Of a stretch of 64,000 bases of DNA, positions 1-14,044 are shown one piece after another. Source of the DNA: the human T2T-CHM13v2.0 reference genome, Homo sapiens; NCBI RefSeq assembly GCF_009914755.1, contig NC_060932.1. One strand, given 5' to 3'. Position 1 is the first letter of the stretch; the number at the start of each line of letters is the position of its first letter. The notes below the pieces were generated by a model, which saw nothing but the letters and a program-made list of their open reading frames with translations, ran no database searches and was not told where the DNA came from. Both the position numbers and the translations under genes were made by a program.

Positions 1-2150
1 TAGAGATTGGCTACTCACCAAAGAGCTTACATTTGTGCGTGCTGCTTATGCCTAATTAGAGACTACGCAGAGATCAATCCTGTTATCTTGTGGCTGTGGA
101 GATGCTTCTTCCTAATCCAGACTTTTTCTGTATTTAAGATAAGAGAACTTGAAAAACCCAGTAATAGTAGTATCCTTAAAATGGCAATAACAAAAAAAAG
201 TTGAAAATATTTCACAAATATTTATTATAAATAGGAACAATTAAACAACATCTTAGATGAGTAATAAAAATGTAGCTCCTTCAAAGATATGACACCTGCA
301 TACTTTTCCAAAAGGGTAGACGATGTGAAAACTGGGCAGAATGCTATTCCATTTCCGATTTCAAGACCCTGTAGGACTGTGAGAGGAGGAAGAGCACAGG
401 GCATCGCCGCATCCAGGATCTACAGAGGCACTATTTGCACTTTCTCCACCGTTTCCAGTATGGAAAATCCGATTCCTTCCTTTTCATACCTTGATGGTCT
501 CTATTGACCTTCAGTCACTGATTTGCTTCTCTTTGTGAGGGTATTTCAGTCCCAGGAGGAAGTTTTAATTCCTGTTTTTTACTGTCTTCTGATTGGGGGG
601 GAACACAGGATTAATATTCATGGAAAACATTAAGGAATCCAGAGAAGTTTTATTTTTACATTAATATACAGAATATCCACAGAGAATATAAAAGGCTACA
701 GCAAAATCAAGTGATTCACTGGGACATAATATGTCTCTCTTTTCAATTATTTAAAGTCCCACAGAAACTTGACTGACATTTTCTATGCATTTTTGAAGAG
801 AAATGGAAAGAGATGTGGGGTGGGGGGCTGTAACATAGTAGCTATTTCGGGAGAGATTAGCTTGTTGTGTAATCCAGTCACAGAAAGATAATCGCAGACA
901 CCAGAGCTAAATTTCTTTGACTGAATTCATGTAAATCAGTATTTTTTTTTTTACTTCTACACATGAATAAGAAGTAATTTCATTCACTGTGGTTGCTGTG
1001 TGGTGTAAATACACATATTCACTAATGTTAAGAAAAATTGTGCCTATTATGTATAGTAGTGATGCACATAATTTACACACACTCATTGATTGAAATGTTT
1101 CCCTGTGGATCAGGTGCGTTCATAATCAGATGAAGGAAAAGCAAAGGAGGCATTTGTTTATTTTCCATTTCGTGAATCATAAAATCAGAGGTTTGGGCTG
1201 ACTACCTTTAGGTTCCCTTACGGTGTTTTTTGGGAACCGCTTTGGAGTCAGCTATCTGCTAAGTTTGGAATTGCCACCACGAAAGTAAACACCGTAGTGA
1301 GGAGCGGGTTGAGGAAAAGAATAAATAGTTGGTGGAAGGAACCACCGTACTTGAGGGAGGGGACAGTGGGAACGGCCCCTGTCACAATCATTTATCCAAA
1401 GCATCAACATTCTCAGAGCAAAGAACTTGTGTTTCTAACTCCAGAGGTGCCTGGATTCACAGCCAAAAATGCTTCTTCCTCGCTCTCCACAGCCCCTCCC
1501 ATGCCAGACGCCGGCTCGGCACCCCCTCTTCGCTGTGCATTTCTGCTTCCCCCGAAAGCCCGAGTAGTAAAGGGAGGCTCCTTGCGGCCCCCGCGGGCTC
1601 CCAGGGACCCGCAAGTTGAAGCGCGAGGGTTCCACGCGGGCTGCGGGGACGCGGGCCTCGGTGCTGCAGACTTTCTCAGGGCGCCTGGGTCGCGGCAGGC
1701 GCGGAGTCCCGCGCGCAACAGCTGCTCCGCCGGCCTCGCCTCCGACCCCCGCCCTGCGCCAAGCGCGGAAGCGCTCGCGACCTAACTGCCCCGGGTGCCG
1801 GGCGCCTAGGGAGGGGCCGCCACCGCCCGCTCCGCCCCGGGGGCCTGCGCCCAGCAGCCCCCGCCTCCCCGGAATCCAGAGGCCGAGCCGGAGGCGGCGG
1901 GGCCACGGTGGGAGCCCGCGAGGTGGCCCGAGCGAGGGCCCCGCATCCCCGCAGAGCCCGCCCGAGGGCGCAGCCTGCCACGCCAGGGGAGGCGGCCGGG
2001 CGGCGGGGAACGGCGGGGGCGGAGCGCAGCCTCCCGACGCCGCCGCCTCACCGCCCCCCTCCGCCTCCTCGGCCTCCGCTCGCAGCCGCCGCCTCCGCCT
2101 CCGCCGGGCTGAGGAGCCGGGAGTCCGCCGCGCCGGCTCGGGGCTGCGGG

Positions 2151-2162
2151 ATGGGGAGTTAG
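2151..2162 (+). promoter_or_regulatory. minimal uORF ATG GGG AGT TAG (MGS*)
   Basis: gggATGG context, 154 nt upstream of the main ATG; requires a TSS upstream of 2151. Confidence 0.6.
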
Positions 2163-2304
2163 CGCCACGGCGGCGGCAGTGGCCGCAGCGCACCCCGCCG
2201 CCGCCCAGGAGCCCGTCCAGCCAGGGGTGCCGGGCCCGCCCAGCCCGCCCCGGAGCCAGGCCCGCGGGCGGCGGCGGAGCTGGGCAGGTGGATGCGGCTG
2301 GAAG

Positions 2305-2434
2305 ATGGCGCCCTCGGGCCCGGGCAGCAGCGCCAGGCGGCGGTGCCGGCGGGTGCTGTACTGGATCCCGGTGGTGTTCATCACCCTCCTGCTCGGCTGG
2401 TCCTACTACGCCTACGCCATCCAGCTGTGCATAG
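2305..2434 (+). CDS. ZDHHC2: coding exon 1 (MAPSG...AIQLCI; N-terminus and TM1)
   Basis: Strong Kozak context aagATGG; donor TAG|GTGAGT; 130 nt. Confidence 0.97.
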
Positions 2435-4364
2435 GTGAGTGCGCCCCCCGCCGCGGCGCCCCCAGCGCAGCGCAGCCCACCCCGACTGTCCCGGGACGCT
2501 CAGCCGCTCCTCCGCTCTCGCCCCCCGGATGCGCCCCGGGCGCTGCCAACCTGCCGCGTCCCGCCGGCTCCGCCGCTAAAAGCAGCCTCGGGGCAGCTTT
2601 TTCCACGCGCACGCCCCTCGCCCTCCCCTCCCAACTCTCGGGTTAAGGTGGCGCCTACGCCCCGCACTCGCCGCCGAGCCTCCCGCCGCCTTCCGCTCAC
2701 CGCCGCCGCCCCGGCCACACCCCCTAGAGGGGCGGAAGGTCCCCGGGACCGCTGTGGAGAGGGGAGGCCGAGGCCGGCGAGGCGCGCCGGGGGCTGAAGG
2801 GCTGAGCTGGGCCCGGCCCCGAGCTGCGCCAGACCCGCGCGGGGGTGCTGGCCTTGGCGGCGGAGCTGGATCCCTTGCTGGTTGGCGTCAATGCACTTGT
2901 TAAAAATTTGTGACAGCGCTCAGGGGCGTTTTTGCTGCCTTTATGATTTGAGGATTGCCAGTTGGACACTTTTCTAGTTAAAAAGGATGTGGAGGAGGTG
3001 AGCTACTAGAAAGTATTTTTGAGGACATGTGCAACACACTAAACCATAATTTAGGTGTTTGAACAGTAGGGAGAGAAAAAAAGAGGTGATCGTCTGAGGT
3101 TTTTACATCCAGAGAGCGAAGTGGCTCCAGTCCGAGTTCGAGGTTCCTGAATTGGTGGGTAGGATACTTTTAATGCTGAAGATTAAAATTTTTTAAAAAG
3201 TTGATTATTATGCACAAGTAGGGAGTACAATGATGTCGCTTAATGTAAGCTGGTTTCTACCTTCAGGGGTTTTATGAAAACTGATCTGGGTTATCAGAAA
3301 AAGATGTTAAAACAGAAAATGACCTTTCTGCCAGTGACTTGTGAATGCTTTCTGTGTTTGGTGCTCCACCTAACAAAGTGTCTGTTTTTGCCCTACCAAG
3401 TGCTAGCTTTGGGTGGGACGAGGGAAAAGATGAAATAGTGGCCTATTATATTGAGCCTTCACAAGCTCAGCATTTTCAAAGCCTCAAGATTCAGACATAA
3501 AATCTTGTGTGAAGCCATCTTACCTCAAAATGTTGCGCCTTGTGAGAAAGTGTCATAATAATACATCAAAATAATCACTGATGTAAGTTGTAAGAGAACC
3601 GAGACTTTTATTTCATATAGTTTTAAAATTTGCTGTTATTACTTGAAGGGATTTAGAAACAAGCTTAATAGTCCAAAAAAAAAACCTTGAGTCTGTTGTT
3701 GGGAAAAGATGAGGCTGTACAGGCATTATCATGAGGATGCATTTAGGTATGCAGTCGTCAAGTCATCTAAAATATATAGGAAAGGACGTGTAGTAAATTT
3801 TGTATTAACTGTTAATCTTAAAATAGCTTGCCTTATTGAGATAGACTGTATATGTTACGTAACTGTTGGGAACCTTTGTTGTGTTTCATTCCTTCGTCCT
3901 CTTAAAAACAGTGACCAGTATCGATTAATATAACCTGCAAAGAAGGGACATCCTAGAAGGCCTTCATTATCAAAATAGCCTATTCTCCTGTATTATCACA
4001 TTAAGCTAAGACGCTTATCTTGGTACAGTGTCTCCTGTCCATTAAGAGGAAGCATTTGAAGGCAGAGAGAGCTCTTCTGCCCGTTAGAAGGATGTCTGCT
4101 CCTAGCTGAGGTGCTATATGGCAGATCTTATTATTGTATTGGGTAGACAGGTGATGGGGAAGGAACTAAATGGAAAATTGGTATTATATCTGAATCGTAT
4201 GTTTATATGTACTTTCTGTAAGTTTAAGACAAATCTAGAGTATCCATAAAATCCGCATCAGTATTTTAGTAAGTGACGATTTGACTAAGAGGAAGCATGC
4301 CTCTTTTTAAACTGCCTAAGTGGCGTGGCCTGTTATTGATACCTTATCTATCACTTCTTGTCCC

Positions 4365-4432
4365 TGCCTGCCTGGCGCAATGCCTGTCTGCCTGGCGTAA
4401 TGCCTGTCTGCCTGGCCTGGCGCAATGCCTGC
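4365..4432. repeat. short tandem repeat, ~20-bp unit TGCCTGGCGYAATGCCTGTC x ~3
   Basis: Seen directly in the sequence. Confidence 0.85.
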
Positions 4433-6309
4433 CACATTGAAAACAACAGTAAGTGGTCTTGAATAAACAAATAAATGATTCAGAGGCACTATCTCCTAGG
4501 TTTTCAGAAAGTAGCTTTTATATTTTTATTGCTGTAGAAACAAAAAGTAATTGTTATGAAAGATCTAGATTCTAGAGTCTAAGAAGGAAGAACAAGTTGA
4601 AGCTGAATTTGATTCTAGAGACCATGGCAGTTTATGAGTGGCAAGCTTTGCATAGCCTTGGTCGAGTGGGAAGTTGAAATTTCCTTATAGGCACTGGGAA
4701 AGATGGCGACTAGTGTGACTGACACACAAAACCAGACTCCCAGACTCCTTTCCTTTTCACAGACAAAGCAAATGGAAATACCAGCCCCCACCCTACCCCC
4801 AGTATTAATCACATCTCAGACTGCCCTGCCCTTTGAAGATTCTTTTTCTCTTGGAAGTTGCCATTTACAAGCAGATTTTCCAAATTTCTTCCATAAAACA
4901 TTGGCCAAGGTTGGGACCAGAGTGTGGGGGTCGAGGGCTGGGAACTGGATCAGGTAGCAAATGGAATAGAAGAAACAAGGTGATTTACCCTGGTCCTCCT
5001 TCCACATCTGCTCTCAGCTAGGGATGACCCTGAATATAAATTATTCTGTGCCCTTTGCTGAATGAACTGCAATTTAGGAGTAGTGCTTATCCTGGTATCC
5101 TTGGAAACTGGAGATAATGATTCTCATTACAGTTAGTTTCTATATTTAACAACGTGGATGTATGTGGCTCTCTAGGCACTTTTTCAGTTAGCATAATTTT
5201 TGCTTAGTGTTTGTATTTTATAAAAATAACCTCTCTTTTTGGAATATGTGTATATGTAAAATATATGGGATGTACATATATTGTGTGAGAGTCAAGTATT
5301 TTTGGTTAAGTCAGCTTCCTATTCTGCCAAAGAAAAGATCACAAAAGACAGTTATACTTCTAATCATTTGGACCACGTTTATCTCGTTTGTTGATTAACG
5401 AGGCTCTTCTATTTGTATTCCTCCCCCTCCATCCTTTCCTTCTCTTACCACTCCTTTTCCCTCTCCCCTGTCCCTCCTGTCCCTCTCTCCACTCCTGGCT
5501 TCTTTTGTGTTTTAACTCTCTTTGCTCTCTTTAGATATTAGGTTGGTTTCCGTCAAGTAAGATAAACTCAAAGGTAACATTTGTACGGGGAACTTTAGGA
5601 TGCACTATGAGAGGGAATGAGGGAGGTCTGCAGCCTCAGGCATGCTCCATTCAGCGAGCACACGACGTGGTTTATGTTTTACAGATCCCTTATGGCTGCT
5701 GCTGTGTTAACTTCGCTTGTTGAAGAAGGTTCACTGAAGTTTCCCCTTTTAAGTGCTAACATTTAAATTGTTTTAACTATTTCATACCGTTTTCTTTATT
5801 TCAGATTTACTGAAAAGTTTCAATAGTACAAGAAACTTCCACATACACTTGTGTAACCAGTTCAGTTCCCATTTTTCTTAAATATATTACTTTCCTGCTC
5901 CTTAGGCAGGTGCTATGGGACGTTTATGATGATGTTGCGCAGTCATGTAGTTCTGAATTTGCTTACGGTTTTAGTTACGTCATTTTAAACGATCATGAAT
6001 TTTCAAAAGCTTAAAGGTCATCCAGGCTAACCCCTTCTGTATTTTTAAACGAAAGAGTTAAACTAAATTCCAGAGTTGCCACAAGTTCAATGTCCTTCCT
6101 CCGAGTTACCTAGCGGAGGTGTCAGCTATGACCTTAGCTGCTGTAATGCAGATGTCCAGATGTCTCCTTTTCCCAGCAAACCCCTCTCCAAATATCTTAG
6201 CCCATTGAAGTTATGCAGCAACTCTTTTTAACTTTATTATCGTTTACAGAGAGTTGACAGAGCTCTGAAAATAAGCCAACAGTCTTTACACAATTTTAGA
6301 GATTTAAAG

Positions 6310-6495
6310 GGCTTTGTAGTTTGGGGCTATATAGTACATATTTTTGGCTTTGCAAGCCGTGTGATCTCTGTTCCAACCACTCAACTCTGCTATCTTAGAG
6401 AGCGGCCATAGAAGATACTTTAACAAATGGGCGTGGCTTTTATTCAACAAAAATATTTGGCCAATCTTGGCCCTTGGGCAAAAGTTTGCTGAGCT
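6310..6495. mobile_element. MER58-like hAT-Charlie MITE
   Basis: tagtacatatttttggctttgc...actcaactctgc...ggccatag...aaatgggcgtggc...agtttgctga resembles MER58A. Confidence 0.65.
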
Positions 6496-6994
6496 TTGGA
6501 GTATGTGGGAAGGTAGACCACTAGAATCTTGAGGTTTTACTCGCAGTTTTGCTGTCTTTATTACTAAACATCCTTCAGCAGTGATTGCAGCCTGTTATAT
6601 TCCACAGTGATTATAATACTTAGGGATCAGTTTGAGAGATACGCTGCCATGTTTTCATTCTTTTAAACAAACAAGAAAACAAACATCCCTAAGAACAAAA
6701 TACACAAAGCCTCCTACTTGGATTCTGTGAAGTTATGACCTACCATTCATTGAAGGCCACTGCAGGCTCAAGGATAGAGACTGCTGGGGCTGTCAGTTGT
6801 TTTCCACCATGAAATGAATTTGAGCTACACAGAAGAAGAAATGTTTTCTTGTTATTGATTTTAAACTGTTGCTTTATATTATTAATATCTTGATATTCCT
6901 GATACTTAAACTATTACTTTGAAAACTGTGTAGGACAATAAAGCATTTTTCACAAAAAAAGAACAGGCAGTAGATCTTGGGAATACAGATGTTC

Positions 6995-7035
6995 TATTAA
7001 GTTGATGCAAAAGTAATTGCAGTTTTTGCCATTAG
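6995..7035. mobile_element. MADE1 (mariner MITE) fragment
   Basis: tattaagttgatgcaaaagtaattgcagtttttgccatta resembles the MADE1 terminal inverted repeat. Confidence 0.65.
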
Positions 7036-7155
7036 TTGGTTTTGCCAACTGTTTTAAATATTAAAATAGTTTTAAGTGGAATGTAAGGCACATCCATAGA
7101 AAACTGATGTATGCAAAACATTTAACGCCTACGTCACCTTAGAAATGATTACTTA

Positions 7156-7464
<309 letters not shown>

Positions 7465-10400
7465 GAAATTATTAGTTGTTGGCAATATGATTCAAAATAT
7501 ATTCTGTGACTTTTCTTGATATTGTTGAATATTTTAAAGATTTGAATTTATGTGAATAGGGTAATAAAAACTCAACATTTCTTCAAATCAAAAATTCAAA
7601 TGTATAAAACATGATATGTTCCAAACTCTTGATCCGTGCTCCCATTTTACTTTAATATAAATGGTCAAGTCGGAAAGGGGAGTAAGAGAAAGGACTCTGC
7701 TTAATGCTTTTTTGGTTCCATTTAGTGTGTCAGAGACTTCCTTTTCTTTTGATGTACTGGACAATGCAGCATTACTATTTGCTATTAAACCCTATTAGAG
7801 AAAAACATTTAAGGCAATTAGCACAGTCTTAGCATGTACAAATGCGCAATAAATGTTGAATGAATTAATCTCATAGTTTCTACTTAGTCTTATTCAATTG
7901 TATAATGCAAATAAGTGAGAGGACAGGATCTGGGGTCAAACCTCAGTTTAAACTGAGGCTTATTATGGAAAAGTTCGCTTGCAATTGCTTACTGAGAATG
8001 TCATCCATGCCATTAAATTGGTACTTGCAGGAATGTTTCCAGTAATTAAACAGAAGCTGACGGGATGGTTTCTTTATTCAAGATAATTAATTGTCTCTAG
8101 AGAAGGTGTGTTTCCATGAGGTTAGAAAGAAGGCAGCTTCTTGAGGGCTTGAGTAGGGTTCGTTCAAAAGCATTTACTTGCCAGGCATTTCCCGCCACAG
8201 AAATGATTTACAAGATAACTTCATAGAGATCTTTTCCTAGTAGCCAAGAAAAAAAACAGCCTCTGGGAAAAAACCCAAAACCAAAGCTTTCTAGCTGGCT
8301 TGAGCATGAGGAAAGGAGTTGCCACCTTTCCGGATGCCATTTCCACAGCAGAGTGGTAGGAAAGCAGAAATGGAAAGCAAAACGTCTCACTCCTAGACAT
8401 GTGAGTTGGCTTCCTGGCCAATGGAAAAGGATAAACAATGAGGCAGGTAAAAAGAGCTTTTGGGGAGCACGTAAGTAGAAATGAGTTTTAAGTCATGTTA
8501 CAGATCTTACCACATATATTTAGTGGTTGACATAGTCTCAGAGTAAGATTTTAAGCAGCAGTGTTTGCCTCTGCTATGAAGTAAGAGGTTGTTTTAGCTC
8601 CCTCACTTCTTACCCGATGCTCGGGCCACTTTTACTCTGTCCAGGGCCTGTGACCTTGTGGGTGAAACTGGGCATGAATGCAACTCTCTGAATCCACGGC
8701 GAGCCTGGAGAGCTTAGCTTAGAAATGGACAGAAACGAAGGGCAGGCGAGTGAAGCGGAGCTGACGTTGCACCTGAGGAACAGCCTTTGGAAAGAGCTGC
8801 TGCCTGGCAGCCGGTCACCACAGAACACTGGAACCACCACTGCTCCCCCAGCCTGGTAACAGCGGGTCCAGTGTTCCAGCCTGGGCAGTGTCCAGCTGGC
8901 AGGGCTGAGGTGGTTGCGCCCACATCTCAGGCTGCATGGTCCAGCGAGCTCAGGTGTTTGATCTTTTTTCGTTACCATGGTGAGAAGTGTGCTAGCGGGG
9001 AAAAAAGACAAATGTATCCCATAGATGAGTATATATGGGGGCGAGGGGTTCTCCATGAAATGGTCCTCATTGATTTTTTTGTTTCATTTGTTTTTATGTT
9101 TTATCTTGATGGAGAATTTGTGATTTTCCTTCTCAGAAAAATAGAGCTATACTTACATTTCATAATTTATACTGCTGATTTATGCCACTGCGTTTTGACA
9201 GTTGTATCATATCACCCAGCCTTCTCTTCTCCAGGAAGTGGTGTATTCATGGGTCCCCTGAGATTCCAGCACTGCTTATGATGAGTGTAGAAATTCTGTC
9301 TTGTCTGTCTTGCAGAATGACAGATTAGAATATGGCATAGATTCTTAATGCTGTCTGTTGGGAAAACAATATTCTAAAGATGATTAGAAAGACAGTTTTA
9401 ATATTATGTGGAATTCTGTTATTACATATTACCATTTAGAAATACTACAGAGAATTTATAATGAAAGCATAAAATAATTGAATGAGGTTTTTAATAGTCC
9501 ATTAGAAAATTGTTGAAAATTTTTTCCTAATTCCTTTAAGGGAATTTTATTATAATTGTCTTGATTGTTGTTTCAATCAAATGGCAGTAGTGAAAAGGGC
9601 GAAATTATCAAGGCAGGGGGTAGGAGGAGGAGGCGCTGGGTAGGATGCTCTGATTTCTTAAGAAGAATAGGATAGCTGTAAAGAAACCAGACATGATTGC
9701 TTGAGAATTTTCCTTTCAAAATGATAATATCACACTTTATATCATTTATGTAGCATTTTTCCTAATTTGACTTTTTATCTGGCCATGACTTTTAAATTCA
9801 GTTATAAATATTAATTGCCTGAAGTGTTATAAAATCCATTTTTATTTGAGAGATACTCACAAGCAAAATTATATGCTGCATTTCTCGTCTTAGCACTTCA
9901 CTCTGAAGTGCATACTTAATGGTAGTTCATTTTAGGTATGTTATTGATTGGATTACATTTTTAAAATGCAAATGAGTAAGTGCGTTTATGGATGGCTGGG
10001 TTTTATTTCTTTGCCAGTATTTCTTCCGGGTATCCTGAAGTTTCTCCTCATGTGAAGTATACAATTAAGCATTCCTGTCATACTTAAATTAATTAGACCT
10101 TTTATTCACTAGCATTGCCACCCCAGAGGAACAGAGTGGTGCAGAGGAGTTCATCAGCAAAATATACACTAAACAATAAAAAAAAAAAACCTTTTTCTCT
10201 AATTCTTTTGAAACAAAACATCCAAATAATAAAATAGTTTCTAGGTAGTTGTCTATCTTCATGATCATGTTATAAAAGATATAATCCTTATAAAAATAAG
10301 TTCATATTGTTTCAAAAATTGTATGTGATTATAATTCAGTGAAATTTGGGAAACCAGAATGGCTTTGTCATGATTACCTATTTTCTTATGTACAGATAAA

Positions 10401-11169
10401 ATTAAATTCTGTCTCTGTGTTTACTGCATTATGTGAATGGATTTTCATCATATTTGAAGGGTATGTGACATGGAGTAAGGGTGAGTACATGGAGTAAGGT
10501 GACTTAAAATTCAGACTGAACTGTGTCCCTCATCCCTTTGGATCCCATGAGTCCTCTCAAAGAGCTGAATCAAGGTATGGGTTTTCACCAGATTTGTAGG
10601 GATGTGAGGAATGGTGTGATTTGGAATTGTGTTTGTAATGTACATAGCACGTTGGAAGTATTTTGGTAGGAAAGACAGTCCACTCCAGAACAGCTGAGCC
10701 GGAGCTGTAATGAGAGACACCTGAGGCCAACTGCGAGCATGAAAAAGATTTCAATTATGAGTCTCACACTGAAAGTCATAAGCTTGCTCCAAATTCCAGG
10801 GGCTAACTTGTGATCAAGTTTACTACTAAGTGGGCAACTCCATGTGACCTGTTTTAGGAATAAAGGCAGTCAGGGATTTATGTACTTAACTATGACTAGT
10901 GATTAGCCAGGGCATCTTCAGAGAGGTCAGTGAATGGGAAAAGATAAAGGGCAGGGACCAGTTTGACTTAATCAAGGTCTTAATTGTAGCATATTTTAAT
11001 GAAATGCAACTTACTCCAGGACTAATACCTGCTGAAAATTAAGATATACCAAACAAAGAACTGTATGTCATTCAAAGGAGGGGGAAGGGTAGTGATTCAC
11101 CATAGCCTCCCATAAACTTGCCCTTTTACAAATCCAAGAACTGAATGCATTTTAACCGTCCATAATTCA

Positions 11170-12420
11170 TTGGACACCCTTTTAATTTATTCGTTCAAAA
11201 AATATCTATTGACAGATGTTGGAGCTTACATTTCTAATTGGGGGAAGGAAAATGAAATAAAAAACATAAGTACATTAGACAGTTTGTTAGAGGATCATCA
11301 GTGGCATGACACAAAGCAAAAAGTAGGGCAAGAAGGACTGAGAATGCCAGAGGAAGGTTTCGATTTTAAATACAGTAGCCAGAGAAGGAGAAGAACTCAT
11401 GAAATTTAAGCAGAGAACTGAAGGAGCTGAAACATTTAACCATGCGGGTATTGTGGAGAAATATATCTCCGGCCAGGGGAGTTTGATTTACAAGCACAGA
11501 GGCAGGGGTCAGCCCAGCATGTGTGAGGAAGAGCAAGGAGGTCATTTTGGCTGAAGTGTAGTGAGCAAGGGAAAGGGAAGTAGGTGACAGGTCAGAGATG
11601 TGGGGAGAAAGCAGAGATCATGGAGGGCCTCAGGCCAGAGGTCACTGTGAGGACTTCGGTTTTACTTGGGGTGACATGAGAATCCACTGCAGGGTGTTGA
11701 GTCCAGAGGTGATGCACTGCGACTTAGATTTGAAAAGATCTTTCTGGCCGCTGTGGACCTAGGCTACTGCATCAATCCAGGTGAGCGATGATGGTGTGTG
11801 AAACCGTGGCGTGGGCACTGGAAATGGTGAGAGGTGGTCAGATTCTGGACGTATTTTTACAGTAGCGACAGCAGAACTCACAGACAGATTTGAGTTGTGT
11901 AAGAAAGAAAGGAGTCAAAAATGATTCCATTGTTTTTGACTCATACAACCGAAAGGATGATCAGTTGAGATGCAGAAGGCATCAGTTAGGTGGCGTGGAG
12001 GGTTGCATTAGATCTGGAATGGGTGTGCTGTCATGAAATAGAGATGCTGAGTAAGCAGTTGCACACATGAAGTTGGCATTTGGGAGAGAGGTGTAGAATG
12101 TGGGAATAAATTCGGGAGTCTTCAGCATATAAGTGGATTTAAAGACTTGGCACTGGATACATTTGTTCTACCACATGTGAGAATGTAAATGAGCAGAGAA
12201 ATGGACCAAAGATGACCAACATTGAGAGTTCAGGAGATGAGTAGGAACCAGCAAAGAAGACTGAGAAGGAGCGCCCAATGAAGGGGAGGAAAACTGAGAG
12301 AGTGTGGTGTCCTGAAACCTGGGGAGGAAAGGGTGTCAAGGAGGAGGGAGGAATCAACATTGCCACATGTACTGGCCCATCAAGTCTGGGAGGACTGAGA
12401 ATTTAACAATGTGCACATTG
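11170..12420 (-). mobile_element. L2 LINE remnant
   Basis: Begins tttattcgttcaaaaaatatctattga (reverse of the L2 3' end), followed by purine-rich L2-like body. Confidence 0.65.
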
Positions 12421-12873
12421 AACCCTTGTTTTGAACTTATTACTGACTCTGATGACTTTCAATGTAATTTACAAGGTTACCAAAAAGAATCTCGTATACC
12501 AGTGTACGAGTTGCTGGGATATCTGAATTAATTCAATCCAAGTTAAAAAGGCTTTACTCTGTTAGGCAAGCTTAACTTTTCTTATTATCTGAAAATAATC
12601 TACAGAAAATTTCGTGAGCGGTAACCATGTCTGGTTTATGCACTCTTATAGCCCTGGTATCTAACACAGAGGTTAACACGTACTAACATTTGGGACATAT
12701 GTTTCTTGGATGAATCAAAAGATGAGTGCCAGCTAAACTTGTTCAGTTTGAGCCCTCTGAGCAGGGTGGACATCTCAAGCAACAAAGAATGTTGAATCCT
12801 ACATGAGGGGATCATCTATTTTGGCTTTTTACAGTTTGATCATCCAGATGTTTATAAACAAGCTGGTAATACT

Positions 12874-13176
<303 letters not shown>

Positions 13177-14044
13177 ACAAGCTGGTAATATTTTTATGGT
13201 TTCACATATAACAATAAAAAACCTTTTTTTCTTTCTGGACATTAAAATGCTATCTGTAATGAGAATTTAGATGATAAAGTTAATTGTAGAACTCACTTGA
13301 AAATTTAAAAGATAAATTATATGTGTAATAGAGTAAGTAATATCCTCATATATCTATAATAAAAATAATAAATAAGAACAATTTAGAATGTAAAATTTTT
13401 GCCCCAGTATACTTATAAAATAATCACAAAAAAATGAGTGAAATGCATTTGCAGGAAACACTCCAACAGCATTGCCTAGAGATAACTGTAGTCCGTTTTA
13501 GTAGGTTTCAGATAATTAACCCCCACCCGCCCTTAATGTGCTAAAATTGTTACCCTTTTTAGATTTAAAAAGACCTTCTAACATGTGTTTCAATCTTCTT
13601 TTTCCTTGTCCCAGCCTTCTTAGAGTATACTGAATATAATTTAGCTCTGATTTAAGGCAGTAAATCCGAGATAGATACATGTATCAAGCTACTCTCCAAG
13701 ACCCTTGGAGTTTGAGGATTTTACATTCTCTTTCATCTATTTCCTATTGACTGAAAAAGGTCAAGGAAGACCGGAATTTTGGCTCGGCATTCTTTTGAAT
13801 CTCAAGCACTGAGAATCTGGGGAAACTTGTGAATGAGCCGCTTAGCATGCGGAAATGCCTAGCTAGGCATACACAGCTCAACAAAGCTTTGTTTTTCTCT
13901 GCTTATCACTTCTGGGGTTACTTTTATGAGATGTTAAACAACAGTGAAAACTTTTAACCATGGAAGTGACCAGAGGTGAGAAAACTTTAGCTAATGTTGA
14001 TTTTTAACTTAATTTGTGGTTTGAGAATAAGCCCTAGAGCAGAT

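Larger units (their letters stand above)
1480..2900. promoter_or_regulatory. ZDHHC2: CpG island promoter / 5'UTR / start of intron 1
   Basis: Very GC- and CpG-rich against an AT-rich background. GC boxes (ctccgcccc ~1830, ggggcgg ~2728), ETS-like gcggaag (~1765), no obvious TATA box. Confidence 0.93.

Noticed and set aside
1297-2969. Many long overlapping ORFs on both strands (up to 272 aa)
   Set aside because: Expected from stop-codon scarcity in a CpG island. They have low-complexity P/A/R/G content and mostly non-ATG starts. Only 2305-2434 is canonical coding sequence.
4365-4432. Repeat with a CRISPR-like look
   Set aside because: Plain tandem repeat with no unique spacers, in eukaryotic intron.
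8610-9281. 148-aa (-) and 164-aa (+) ORFs
   Set aside because: No recognisable domain; the + ORF starts at TTG; consistent with chance in a GC-elevated patch.
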